A stretch of DNA of 64,000 bases from NCBI GenBank assembly GCA_977017575.1, contig CDRNVI010000036.1, positions 143,207 to 207,206 on the forward strand. The letters run 5' to 3'. Numbering within the stretch: the first letter of the stretch is position 1; each line of letters starts with the position of its first letter. The notes beneath the pieces are model-generated. The model did no database searches. It saw only the letters and a list, made by a program, of their open reading frames with translations, and was not told the origin of the DNA. Positions 29,442 to 39,695 of this stretch are shown here, piece after piece. Position numbers and translations under genes: made by a program. The DNA is from Paramoeba atlantica. Its lineage: Eukaryota > Protista > Discosea.

Positions 29442-32081
29442 TCAAGAGAATCTCTTCCCCAATTCCTCTACCACCTTACGCAAACATACAGCTTCGGATT
29501 GTGTGGCATTGTCGTCCCTTTTAGCGATTTCGTATGCACGTTTGTCATCTCCACGACCTAAAAGTATAAGTACTTTCATCAGTGAATCATTTCCTAGGCA
29601 AAGCAATAGTTCATCAGTGCCAAAGTGTGGAATCCAAGTGTGGAACAACACTGTAGAATTCTTTTCAAGACACGACGCGAACAACGCGAAAAGCATAATT
29701 CGTATATCTTTGTCTACTATTCCAGCCAAAGCAACAAAAAAGGTAGAAGGAGAGTGAAATTCCGTAGGGCTCAATATCGTCGTGGAATGGGATCTAAAAA
29801 TCAACCAATCAGGTTGTTTATTTCGAGAGCTTCCAAAGTCTTGGACGGCATGCGCGTGATGAGAAGAATGTGTCCAAGTTGCTTGAGTATCGTAAGGTCT
29901 TGTATTTAAAGTTGGGGCATGTTTCGACAAATGTTTCAGTTCACCATCACATTGCATGCACGCGTTCCAAACTAAACCAAAACACAGCCGTCGCAAAGAA
30001 AGCGGAAATATACTCATTGGCAAACCGTAAGCTGAATCGAAAGTGAATGGGTCCATTTTACTAGGATCGTGGTCCACCTGTCTAAGAAATGTGCATAGTA
30101 GCGCTTCGTCGACATTCCAACCCAAATTTCTGCACATCTCAGTCCTGGATGTATAAGTTTCACAGAAGACGTATAAGACTTGAATACGAAGGGATAGAGA
30201 GCGATCAACCAGAAATTGCACGTGTCGAAGCGCACACAATGAGTACGTCAAAGAATCTGTCGATGTTAATGAGGAACGCATTGAACTCATCATTTCCGAG
30301 CTAAGTTCAAGGCGAACCCAATCCGAAAAATCATCAGATAAGCATTTCTTTAACCTCACTTCATAAGGCTTCAATACGGGGAAGCTTTGGATCAATCTCT
30401 GATATGCCCCTACAATATTGTTTTCATGAGTTTCCTGTGTGGCCGAAAATGATTCCTCGACTGTTCTGGAAACAAAGTCGAATATCGGCAAATTCGGGCC
30501 TAAATGTCCCCCGATAATACAAATGCGAAGCTCTTCAACTGTTTTATCTAACACATGAGATTGGCGCAAAATCAAGTTACTAGATGAGCGTATTTGTTCC
30601 GCAAAAACGGTCCATTCCTGAAATGGAAATTCTCGCATTTTTAACATGTTCATGATTTCTATTCGCCGCCAAGTTTCTATTTGAGAGCGGAGCCCTAGTG
30701 CGGACCCAATGGTTCTATCATGCTTCCTAAAGTCGGATATTTTTTCCTCGATCTCAAATGCACTTTCGTCGCTTGAAAACGCAATTGCTTCCTTTGGTGC
30801 AATATGCCAAGAATGTACAGCTCCAGTGCTCTGATTTTGTGCACACAGTGCTAAATGACCTGTGGAATGATATCCGGCGCACCACAGAAAGTAATTCTCA
30901 CGATCCAGCGACATAAGAACCGAATCCTCAAACGGATGATGTAATGGTATTATTTGCAAGCTACCCGAACACACAAGTAAACAGCGCCCGACTGTATAGT
31001 TTTGTACGAGTATATGCGTGTTGGACAGGATAATAACGGCTACTCCTTTATCACTTTCCTTTGAAGTGCATAATCCCTGTATTGTGCCCATTCTACTAAA
31101 GCTTTGTGTTCCACTATCATCTCCGAGCAGTACTGCATCCTCAGAGGCAAGTGTGCTGGTGACATCACTGCAGGTATCTCTAGATGTGAATGTCTCCAAC
31201 CAGGCCACATTCGTTTCTCGAAGCGCCTCGGGCTGCTCTGGATTCCACTCAAATTGTAGCAGATTCGTTTTATCCACCCATGTGAGAAAGGTCAACGTGG
31301 GTATCTTAAAATGAGCTAAAACACAAAATGAACCCAGTCGGGGCGCATGAAGTAATGTGTGGCAAAGTACAGCATCGCTCTCCTGTGTTCGAAACCGTTC
31401 GGAGGTTAAATCATACTGAAGCCCAATGAAAAAATCTCCGTGAAGTGCAAAGATCATTTCATTTCGGCTGTGGTGCAAAAGCTGACGTATGGGTGTTTTC
31501 TGTATCCCAGGGACAAGCGAGCGGGTTGTGTCTGTAATTCCAGTTTTAAAAGAGTACAGCGCAAGACTTCCGTCTCCTAGTCCCAGCACTGCGTGTGTGG
31601 CACTAACACATTGTATGGCATGTACTTCATCGGAGAGCGTGTATTTCAATGTGGAATACGGAACCCCTTTTTGTATTTCGTGAAGCCCATTTAAGGTGCC
31701 TACCAGATACGCGCACGACTGCGTGCCGGGAACTCCTGTTATGCAGAGTGGAATAGGGGCAGAACGGTTATCCGTAAATGTGCCAATACTTTGATATCCC
31801 TGTTCTTTGCATGCTGATGAATTCACTTGTTTTATATCGAAATCTGATAAACGAATGCGTTCACACACATTCGGGCGACCGCATGCATGTGCTAAGAAAC
31901 GGTTCTCTAGACAATTACTAAAAAGAAGACTGCCTCGTGTAAGTTGAATAGAAAGAGGAACGGATTGAGTGATCAACATTCTGTAGGCAGAGGCTTCGGG
32001 TGTTTCAGAACTTACCTCAATTTGTGACCCGCCCGCGGACGGAGGTCTCCATGTTCTATGCGAACGAACCTCAAGAAGCAT
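29442..32081 (-). CDS. Hypothetical protein (beta-propeller-like N-terminus, helical C-terminus)
   Basis: 879-aa ORF; beta-strand/WD-like segments (AVLGLGDGSLALY), followed by a helical region. Confidence 0.6.
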   Translation of the reverse strand: MLLEVRSHRTWRPPSAGGSQIEVSSETPEASAYRMLITQSVPLSIQLTRGSLLFSNCLENRFLAHACGRPNVCERIRLSDFDIKQVNSSACKEQGYQSIGTFTDNRSAPIPLCITGVPGTQSCAYLVGTLNGLHEIQKGVPYSTLKYTLSDEVHAIQCVSATHAVLGLGDGSLALYSFKTGITDTTRSLVPGIQKTPIRQLLHHSRNEMIFALHGDFFIGLQYDLTSERFRTQESDAVLCHTLLHAPRLGSFCVLAHFKIPTLTFLTWVDKTNLLQFEWNPEQPEALRETNVAWLETFTSRDTCSDVTSTLASEDAVLLGDDSGTQSFSRMGTIQGLCTSKESDKGVAVIILSNTHILVQNYTVGRCLLVCSGSLQIIPLHHPFEDSVLMSLDRENYFLWCAGYHSTGHLALCAQNQSTGAVHSWHIAPKEAIAFSSDESAFEIEEKISDFRKHDRTIGSALGLRSQIETWRRIEIMNMLKMREFPFQEWTVFAEQIRSSSNLILRQSHVLDKTVEELRICIIGGHLGPNLPIFDFVSRTVEESFSATQETHENNIVGAYQRLIQSFPVLKPYEVRLKKCLSDDFSDWVRLELSSEMMSSMRSSLTSTDSLTYSLCALRHVQFLVDRSLSLRIQVLYVFCETYTSRTEMCRNLGWNVDEALLCTFLRQVDHDPSKMDPFTFDSAYGLPMSIFPLSLRRLCFGLVWNACMQCDGELKHLSKHAPTLNTRPYDTQATWTHSSHHAHAVQDFGSSRNKQPDWLIFRSHSTTILSPTEFHSPSTFFVALAGIVDKDIRIMLFALFASCLEKNSTVLFHTWIPHFGTDELLLCLGNDSLMKVLILLGRGDDKRAYEIAKRDDNATQSEAVCLRKVVEELGKRFS

Positions 32082-32542
32082 CTGTCAATTCGAGCAAGAT
32101 ACAGTAAGGCAAAAGTTTATTATTTTGCAAGGTAAAAAACTGTGTTAAAAAAATGGAAAGGAAGGTCAAGGAAATTAAAGAACATGTGCTCAGCTGTAAC
32201 AAAATCGTACAATGGGTCCAAATCAGGAAATTAAGCAAAACGTTGCTAAAACAAGCTACTCCTCCTGTCATTAATATTGATAATGATAATCCTCAAGATT
32301 GATAATATTTTTGAGATTATTATTATCATTATCATTATTTCTGGCAGGGGGAGTACATCGTTTTCGACAAAAAACACGATTGGGAAGTTTTTGAAACCTT
32401 ACGAGTAGTTTTTTAGTTCAAAAAACGTTTTTTTTAAGACACAAAATTTTTTGTAAGAAAATCCTGCGTGCATGAAAATAAGTTCATAATTTTTTAAGAG
32501 TTTTCACCACCTCGAACAATAACTTTTTTAAGATCATCATTA

Positions 32543-34114
32543 CTGCCCGCCCCCCCCCACTTATGCGCAACCGTTTGACACGGCTACTTAAGCGCAATAT
32601 TGAGGCACGACGAACACGGCGAACATTTTAGATGATTTTTTTATTGTTAATATGGCTTTATATATTTTTTATGGCATGTACGATTTTTTGTTCATCGACT
32701 CATTACACTCTGGCTAGCTTTTTTACATTTCTTTGGTTTTTTCCATTATAGTTCTCTCTCAACCTTCAGCTCAATCCTCAGCAGAGAATGTCACCCCCCC
32801 TATTCAACCCCCTTCATTGCTCTCCCCACCTTCAGCTCAATCCTCAGCACAAACTAGAAAATTGACTGACTGGGTACGGATACAGGAGCCCCATCCCCGT
32901 ATCGATGTGTACTACTACAGCCTTCTACTGCATCATACATAAATTTACATGGATATACATGTATAAATTTATTACTGCGCTTACAAAAGTTGTTAAAATA
33001 TAATTTACAAGCAGTCTCCTTTTTAAAGCAACTTCGCTTTTAGTCATTTTCTGTTTCTTTTAACGAATCGTAGCTACAATATGCAAATGCACAGAATCGT
33101 CAAACACGTTGCATCCCATCCCCCCCCGCACTTACCGAAGACACGAAGGTGAGGAACAGTTTTTAGACGGCACCGATTAGAAGATGGCTCACGAAACATA
33201 AGTACACAACATAAATACTAAGAAGTACAGATGCTATCCGCGCCGCGAAGCGGCGCGACTTTTTTTGATGCCTTTTTTTGTCCGAAATGCACCCATGGAC
33301 AGAAGTGTGCCCCCGGCCTGGCAAATGCCATTTTTTTTATCCGTTTTATCTCATTTTTGCAGCATTCGAGCGATCTCGTTCCCCTAGCGAAGAGCTTTGC
33401 CGCCTTTTTTTTATAGGGACCCCCTGGTGCTCTGGTGGTGACCCCAAAGTAGACCAAAAACAAAAAATGGTACATTAGACATCTAGAAAAAAATCACCCT
33501 TTCAATGAGAAAATGAGAAAAAAGGAAGAAGTATCAATATCCGCAATGCTCCCCATTGGTCTGAATAACTATTTGCATACGTTTAGGAACAGATTTTATG
33601 GAATTCAACACTTTCTATCTATGTGGTGCACGTTTTAGAGCATTAAACGCCTTTTCTGTGGCCTTTGTCAGGGTTACAGAGTTGTGTGGCTTAAAACTAC
33701 AAAGTTGTGTGGATTTATGCTGTTTGACTATCTCTATTCGCTCCGAAATCGACAAATCGTTTATGATTTATGCGAGGCGGGGCCCTCATGAAGAAAAAAC
33801 AGGGAGAAAAAAAGATAATATACTAGAGAAATTGACTGTGTTCCATAAAAACGGGCAATCAAACCATGTTTTTTGGAAACAGGGGGTACCAGGGGGTCCC
33901 TATGAAGCAAAGGCGGCAAAGATCTTCGCTAGGGGAACGAGATCTTTCGAATGCTGAAAAAATGAGAAAAAACGGGTGAAAAAATTGACATTTGCCAGGC
34001 CGGGGGCACACTTCTGTCCATGGGTGTATCTTTTCCCCTTGAGATATTTTTGACCCGGCTACTTAAGCGCAATTTTCGGCCAAAACCCGGTTGCGCTTAA
34101 GTAGGGGGGGACAG
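32543..34114. mobile_element. Non-autonomous TIR element (MITE-like, TA target) carrying a nested element
   Basis: TA|CTGCCCGCCCCCCCCCACTTATGCGCAACCG ... CGGTTGCGCTTAAGTAGGGGGGGACAG|TA; extra TACTTAAGCGCAA copies at ~32586 and ~34060. Confidence 0.7.
33290..34026. mobile_element. Nested Tc1-like non-autonomous element with ~140-bp TIRs
   Basis: CACCCATGGACAGAAGTGTGCCCCCGGCCTGGCAAATG... at 33290 and its reverse complement ending at 34026|TA. The inverted match extends to ~33430 and ~33885. Confidence 0.8.
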
Positions 34115-34172
34115 TATTAATGACAGGGGGAGTATACTGAGCTAAATCGGAGGAAATAGGAGTATGCACAAT

Positions 34173-35519
34173 TTAAACCGATGGAATACCTCCGATGCCT
34201 TTCATAACATCCTCCCAAGCTATGAAAGTAGGAGAGGTAGAAATATTTGCATTTTGATTACCTTTGGTATAGGGTAAAGAAAGTTGAGTTTCATCGTTCA
34301 GTCTCGCAATGTGACTTTCGGACACATGTCCTTGAGAACTATTTTCCGAATCGCACCGCAAAATATTTTTCGACGCAAGCAACTTACGGTGTAAGGACTG
34401 GAATTCTGTTCCAGCAACAGTGTCTATAATCAAAGGAAAATTAGAACTGTGATTTGATTGAATGTTCGCATTAACAAACTGATCGGGCTCTTTCATTGCA
34501 GAACGAAGACTATGAAAAAATTCTTTTGCTGTCTCGCTTTTTCGGGTGCTAAGTTCTCGCTCGCCCTTCAGTTCAAAGAGGTCATATTTCTCCATGGTTG
34601 GACCTTGTGCAGATTCTGCCACATTTGGTTTCAACCTTACGTAGATCCGATGCGAAAGCCAGTTTTCTGACCTGATTCTATACCACCAAGGGTAATACAG
34701 CGCAGAATATACGAAGCAGTAAGATGGAAGTTTTCCGTGTAGAGATCCAAATCGGGAGGTATGTATACTCGCTGTCGTTTCTTGAATTTGATGAGCAAGA
34801 GAAGAGGCCACACTTTCGTAACGCTGCGGTGGACTTGTGAGATTCTCTGTGTATGCAGGAGGCCAGAGAGCCGAGAGACGATGCGCATAGAGTCTCGTAA
34901 CACAAATCACGCCACACTTACGTCGCCTTGCGCATCTCTGACATTCATCAAATAGAGATCCAATGCTTGGGGAACAGTGTGTTTGCCTCCCTTTCATAGG
35001 CGCACCGTTTGGATACGACGTCGAGTAGGGGAGATATGCCGCTGATAGGGTACCGTTCAGAATAATCACAGTATATGGCTTAACAGATTGTGGGGGCACC
35101 GTCGTTTGGTGCTGAATCCTATCTGTGTGAACACTACACTCTACTTCCGTCCTTTCGTCTTCAACTTTCACATCATCGGATCGGCACCAGCCTCGACGCA
35201 ATGTTTGAATTATCTCAGAAAAAGTCCTGGGATGAACGAGATGAAAACAAGATTTCAGAATTTGTCCAAGGTCCGTTACATGGTCTTGCAAAGGAAATAA
35301 TTGTCTGGAGAAATTTTCCGAATCAAAAGAATAGTCTAGGTCAATAAGGAGCAATCTCACTGGGGAGCTACTTGGAATAGTACCTCTAAAAACGTCTCGC
35401 ACGAGGCTGTGAAGAATAATTTTTTGTGCCCTGCCTTCTGTGGTTAACAGCTCAATAGCTTGTTCGGACCGAATCCTTCCATACATGTCTGCAATGCTGA
35501 CCAAATTTTCGTCGGACAT
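34173..35519 (-). CDS. RAD51 paralogue, XRCC2-like
   Basis: LLLIDLDYSFD...CFHLVH..TFSEIIQTL...VIILNGTLSAAY follows the XRCC2 pattern; Walker A degenerate. Confidence 0.55.
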   Translation of the reverse strand: MSDENLVSIADMYGRIRSEQAIELLTTEGRAQKIILHSLVRDVFRGTIPSSSPVRLLLIDLDYSFDSENFSRQLFPLQDHVTDLGQILKSCFHLVHPRTFSEIIQTLRRGWCRSDDVKVEDERTEVECSVHTDRIQHQTTVPPQSVKPYTVIILNGTLSAAYLPYSTSYPNGAPMKGRQTHCSPSIGSLFDECQRCARRRKCGVICVTRLYAHRLSALWPPAYTENLTSPPQRYESVASSLAHQIQETTASIHTSRFGSLHGKLPSYCFVYSALYYPWWYRIRSENWLSHRIYVRLKPNVAESAQGPTMEKYDLFELKGERELSTRKSETAKEFFHSLRSAMKEPDQFVNANIQSNHSSNFPLIIDTVAGTEFQSLHRKLLASKNILRCDSENSSQGHVSESHIARLNDETQLSLPYTKGNQNANISTSPTFIAWEDVMKGIGGIPSV

Positions 35520-35820
35520 GTTATTTCAACGCGCGCTTATTGATTTTCATAATCGACAAGGGAAAATTGGTTCTCACATCGAAGTAGATACTAGAAAGAT
35601 CGTAGTAGGACTTCTAAGAAGAGTAAATTTAAAAACTTCAGAACTACACTCCAATAATTAGTAAATGGCAACATATACATACAGTAGTTAATAGTAGTAC
35701 ACTAGAATTCATTGTCTTTTTAAGTCAAAAGTAATCTTTCCTGCAAACTAACGTACGTGTCGGTGATACTGTCGGTGATACTTTTAACTTCAAATAAGAA
35801 AAGTGCGGTGTATTCTACGC

Positions 35821-36402
35821 TCAGTCAGCTTTATTATGGGGTTTCCTCCACGACTGAACGGAGCGAATAACCTGTCGGAACGCTGATTGTGCCAATGCTC
35901 CGGGTGAGAGATCGATCTCGGGCTTACCCTCCGCTAGTGCCTTATTTCGCTGGTACTCTTTTTCCTCGGTTACTTTTTCTTCATAGCATCGAACCCATTC
36001 TTCGGGAATAAAATCTGTCTCAGAATCAGCAACTGTCCATAAAATACGCCAGCATGGCACAATGAGTGCTAGACACAAGAGCGCAGCGAGAAACAGGAAC
36101 TGTACAGCAAGAAAGTACGTGTCATAGTAAAATGCTAACCAGAAAGCGAGAAATCCGACAGCAGGAATAAACCGAGATACGAACCTCTCCGCCTGTATCT
36201 GTGAAGAGATAGACATCGGGGCAGCAAGATAAAGAGCAAACTGGACTACGCGATACGTTTGAATTTGCTGAGTGAATCGAGACCAAAAATTAACATAAAA
36301 TTCGGTAGTCAGCCACTTTCTTTGAGGCGTATCTCTCGAGTATAGGTTAGGCTTGACTACTCGATGCTTGGAAGGCGCTTGAAAAGAACGCTGCTTCGAC
36401 AT
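35821..36402 (-). CDS. Signal peptidase complex subunit 1 (SPC12)-like
   Basis: QIQAERFV...AVGFLAFWLAFYYD...LALIVPCW; two TM segments. Confidence 0.55.
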   Translation of the reverse strand: MSKQRSFQAPSKHRVVKPNLYSRDTPQRKWLTTEFYVNFWSRFTQQIQTYRVVQFALYLAAPMSISSQIQAERFVSRFIPAVGFLAFWLAFYYDTYFLAVQFLFLAALLCLALIVPCWRILWTVADSETDFIPEEWVRCYEEKVTEEKEYQRNKALAEGKPEIDLSPGALAQSAFRQVIRSVQSWRKPHNKAD

Positions 36403-36539
36403 TAAGATCAAATAGTAACTGTAAAAAAAGCATAAACTTTATACCCCGTACGAAATTAACAGTGTAACCAAACAATCACAAGTTCTTTAAGAATACTTTC
36501 GTGCTAAACAAGAATCCGACTTCATCTCGGGGCTCTGCA

Positions 36540-39497
36540 CTATTTTCGAGGCCCTTCCCTTAATCTCTCACCTTTCCACTCTTCAATTTCATGCTTCAGA
36601 CGTTCGCATTTTTCCCTCACCTCGTCTCTAGCATTAAAGTCAGTGAGTTCGGCGGGCGTAAGCGGCTGTCGGTTAAATGGATTATGCTCGTCAAAAAGTA
36701 AATGGCGGTAGATCGCGTCACGCTCAACCACAACGTCCTCCGGCATCTCTGGCAACGCCACAGGATGCAGCAACACTGCATAGGTAATTTGACACATAAA
36801 CCGCTCGGGTGGGTCTCCCCACAGCGCCTCCTGATCTTGTCGATTCCCGTGTACGGTACGAACGTACGCAAAAAACGATTCTAACTCAGGCAGTCGATCC
36901 GAAAGTACCGCTTTAGCACGCAGAAACGATAAAATCTGATCAAACCCCTCTGGGGAGTAACTCCGTACATCCGCACAGATGGCCTCCGCAAACGTCTCAC
37001 GACACGGACTGCGGGCGAGCCCGACAAAGCAGTGGACCAACTGCTCCACCAGTTGTCTGTGCTGAAACCCCGCCTGTTTCATCACATATTCCGGAACACG
37101 TTGAATCTCCCTCATCCGCGGTCCCGCGAGGTGAAGCAAAAAATAATCCAGCATACTCGCGACCTGATCCGTAACCAGACCCTGCAACAACGCCTCCGGA
37201 ATCTCCCCACACAGCAGCGCCACAAACGACAGCACCTCCTGCGCAAACAACGCCGAACTCTCCAACCCCCGCAGTCGTTCCACCCCCGTCGTACCTCCCC
37301 ATTCGCCATCTTCATCATCGGTCCTCTCCTCTGGATTCTGTTCACTCCCGACAGCCGAACTCCCCTCTGCATCCCGCGTCCCCTCTATCCCCTGACCATT
37401 CATCTCCCGCAGCCTCACCAGCGCCACCTCCAGCATCTTATTCGCATCGGACAATACATAACTTATGAATTTCGTAAAGTCCATGCCCCTCTCCGCGGCC
37501 TCTTGCGCCAGCGTGGCTCTGGCCCCCGGGTAGGCCTGCCAGAGGAATCGAAGCACACAGTTGAGATGGTGCCGGGGCGGGAGCTTGTCTTCCCCTAAGG
37601 ACTCCACATCGACATAGAGGCGTAGGGCTGTGGAGAGAAGGGACTCGAGGAGATCGGGGGGTACGGCAGAGGGAGAAGCGTTCGTAGGAGGAGTTGCCGT
37701 TGTTACGGTTGTTACGGTTGTTGTTGCTGGGGTCACGGGGATCAGCAACGCGCGCAGGAGAAAGGCATAGCGCCCGCGGTGGTGCTTGTTGGTCATGTAG
37801 GCGGGGTGGGCAATAAAGGCCGCGACGAAACGGAGCAGGTGGAGGGGTTGTGGGGCACCTGTAGGGAGGGAGGGGAGGCGGATGAGATGGGTGAGGGTGT
37901 CCGCGAGGTCGGTGAAGAGGTCTTGGGGGAGGAGGGACCAGGTGGGGGGGGCGTGGGGGGTGGGGGGGAGGGTGAAGGTGTTGGGTTGGCCGGTGGCGAG
38001 GTAGAAGAGCCAGCGTGTGAGGTAGTGTGCGAAATTCTGGAGATGGCGAAGGAAGGTGGTTTCGTGGAGAACGCTCATCAGAATGAGGAGCATGCGTTGA
38101 ATGTGGGAAATGTAAAGCTTTTGGCTTTTATCGGATGGAGTGTGGCGGTTCCGTACCAGTTCATACTGTCTTTGAAGCATGGGGGTAACGGTCTCTTGGT
38201 GTCGAATCAAACCTGCTGTCAAATGAAAATAGTTGAGTCCCATAAAAAATAGATTACTGATGGCAGGAATGACCACGTTCTCGTCGTCTGACTTGCTTTC
38301 GAGGTGCATGGCTCTTATCGGACAATCGGAGTGTGCCCACAAGTTTGGATCCAAGCGAGGAAAGTGCTTGGCGTCATCGGATTGGATGGGTTCTAGTAGC
38401 TGAAAAATTGTGCTTGCCACGTTGAGGAGGCAATGAGGCGTTGATACTTTAAGATAATCGACACGCTCACGGTTCCATATTTCGTTGACGAAATATATTC
38501 TGTCAAGGGATCGCATGGCGAGATTTCGATCGCCGTACCGCAATGCACTCTGGAACAAAGTAAAAACGATTTGGTTGCTCGCATTAAATCGAACATGGAC
38601 CTTCGGATTTAGCTGTGGTAATATTTCGTGCAACTCACCCCATATGGATTCATCGGAAGGCAGGAATTCTTTGGGTGCAATCGTGAAATTTAACAAACGT
38701 CCTAGTGGAAGTTTCGACAAATTTACACCGTTGTCAATATGTGTCACTATTTCGGAGCCGTTGCTTCGAAATATCCCGTGTTGCAATACGAGTTGTGGTT
38801 CTGCATTAATTATTTGCTGTACAATGTGTACGCAACGGCTGCTGTGTACGCTTGTTGAGTCTATTCCGTGAAACAAAAAGTCAACTAACAATGCCAAGTC
38901 TTTCGACATCCGCTGTTGCTTCATGGCAGCCGTGCAGGCTGAGCGTAAAAAGGAATGCTCAATTTGAAGGGTTTCAGTATGAAGCTTCGAATTGATGCGA
39001 TTTTGTGATTCATGTGGCGCGAGTAAAGACAACGTTTTCACAATGAAAGGTGTTGTTCCATGCCTTATGGACCGCGGAATGGTATTTTCGCCAAACATAT
39101 CTTCGGTCCATTGCAGTATAAAGTACCGCTCGATCAGATGCAAAAGTTCGTCATAGGTTTTTCTTTTTGACCCTGAACAAGTCATCTGATCTAACTTTGA
39201 CTTAATTCTGGAATGAAGCCTAGAAAAACATAACCCGATATCGATTTGCTGTTCCGTTTTATCCTCATTTTCCAACAGAGTATCCAAAACTGATACAAGG
39301 CTTAGTTCTGCTACAACAGTACACGGTAACGTGGCAAAAGAATCTGAGTTTTGTTCGTTTGTTACATCAAGAATGCTGTTTCTGTCATTAATTTGGTTGG
39401 ATAACGCCTCACACCAGGAGGTGCCGAAAGATGAACGTAAAGAAAGCAAAAAGTCGTCAAGAATATCGCTCTCACTCTGTGCGCAGAAACTATTCAT
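36540..39497 (-). CDS. UFD2: Ubiquitin conjugation factor E4 (Ufd2/UBE4), U-box
   Basis: AYMTNKHHRGR, FTKFISYVLSDANKML, QVASMLDYFLLHLAGP; U-box PERFMCQIT..VLLHPV...RDAIYRHLL..EHNPFNRQPLT. Confidence 0.9.
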   Translation of the reverse strand: MNSFCAQSESDILDDFLLSLRSSFGTSWCEALSNQINDRNSILDVTNEQNSDSFATLPCTVVAELSLVSVLDTLLENEDKTEQQIDIGLCFSRLHSRIKSKLDQMTCSGSKRKTYDELLHLIERYFILQWTEDMFGENTIPRSIRHGTTPFIVKTLSLLAPHESQNRINSKLHTETLQIEHSFLRSACTAAMKQQRMSKDLALLVDFLFHGIDSTSVHSSRCVHIVQQIINAEPQLVLQHGIFRSNGSEIVTHIDNGVNLSKLPLGRLLNFTIAPKEFLPSDESIWGELHEILPQLNPKVHVRFNASNQIVFTLFQSALRYGDRNLAMRSLDRIYFVNEIWNRERVDYLKVSTPHCLLNVASTIFQLLEPIQSDDAKHFPRLDPNLWAHSDCPIRAMHLESKSDDENVVIPAISNLFFMGLNYFHLTAGLIRHQETVTPMLQRQYELVRNRHTPSDKSQKLYISHIQRMLLILMSVLHETTFLRHLQNFAHYLTRWLFYLATGQPNTFTLPPTPHAPPTWSLLPQDLFTDLADTLTHLIRLPSLPTGAPQPLHLLRFVAAFIAHPAYMTNKHHRGRYAFLLRALLIPVTPATTTVTTVTTATPPTNASPSAVPPDLLESLLSTALRLYVDVESLGEDKLPPRHHLNCVLRFLWQAYPGARATLAQEAAERGMDFTKFISYVLSDANKMLEVALVRLREMNGQGIEGTRDAEGSSAVGSEQNPEERTDDEDGEWGGTTGVERLRGLESSALFAQEVLSFVALLCGEIPEALLQGLVTDQVASMLDYFLLHLAGPRMREIQRVPEYVMKQAGFQHRQLVEQLVHCFVGLARSPCRETFAEAICADVRSYSPEGFDQILSFLRAKAVLSDRLPELESFFAYVRTVHGNRQDQEALWGDPPERFMCQITYAVLLHPVALPEMPEDVVVERDAIYRHLLFDEHNPFNRQPLTPAELTDFNARDEVREKCERLKHEIEEWKGERLREGPRK

Positions 39498-39695
39498 AGT
39501 GAAGGTAGAGGTAAATAATGCAAAGAAATCTGAAAGAGTTTTAATTAAAGCTTTAAAAGGTTTGCTCCTTTGGTGTTTATAAATCGTAAATCAACGATAA
39601 TTTGAGTAGATTTACGATAATCTGAATGGATACGTCATATCGAAATTGGGATCTTCGAGGATATAAATCACGCTTACATGGACAATTGATGTATC

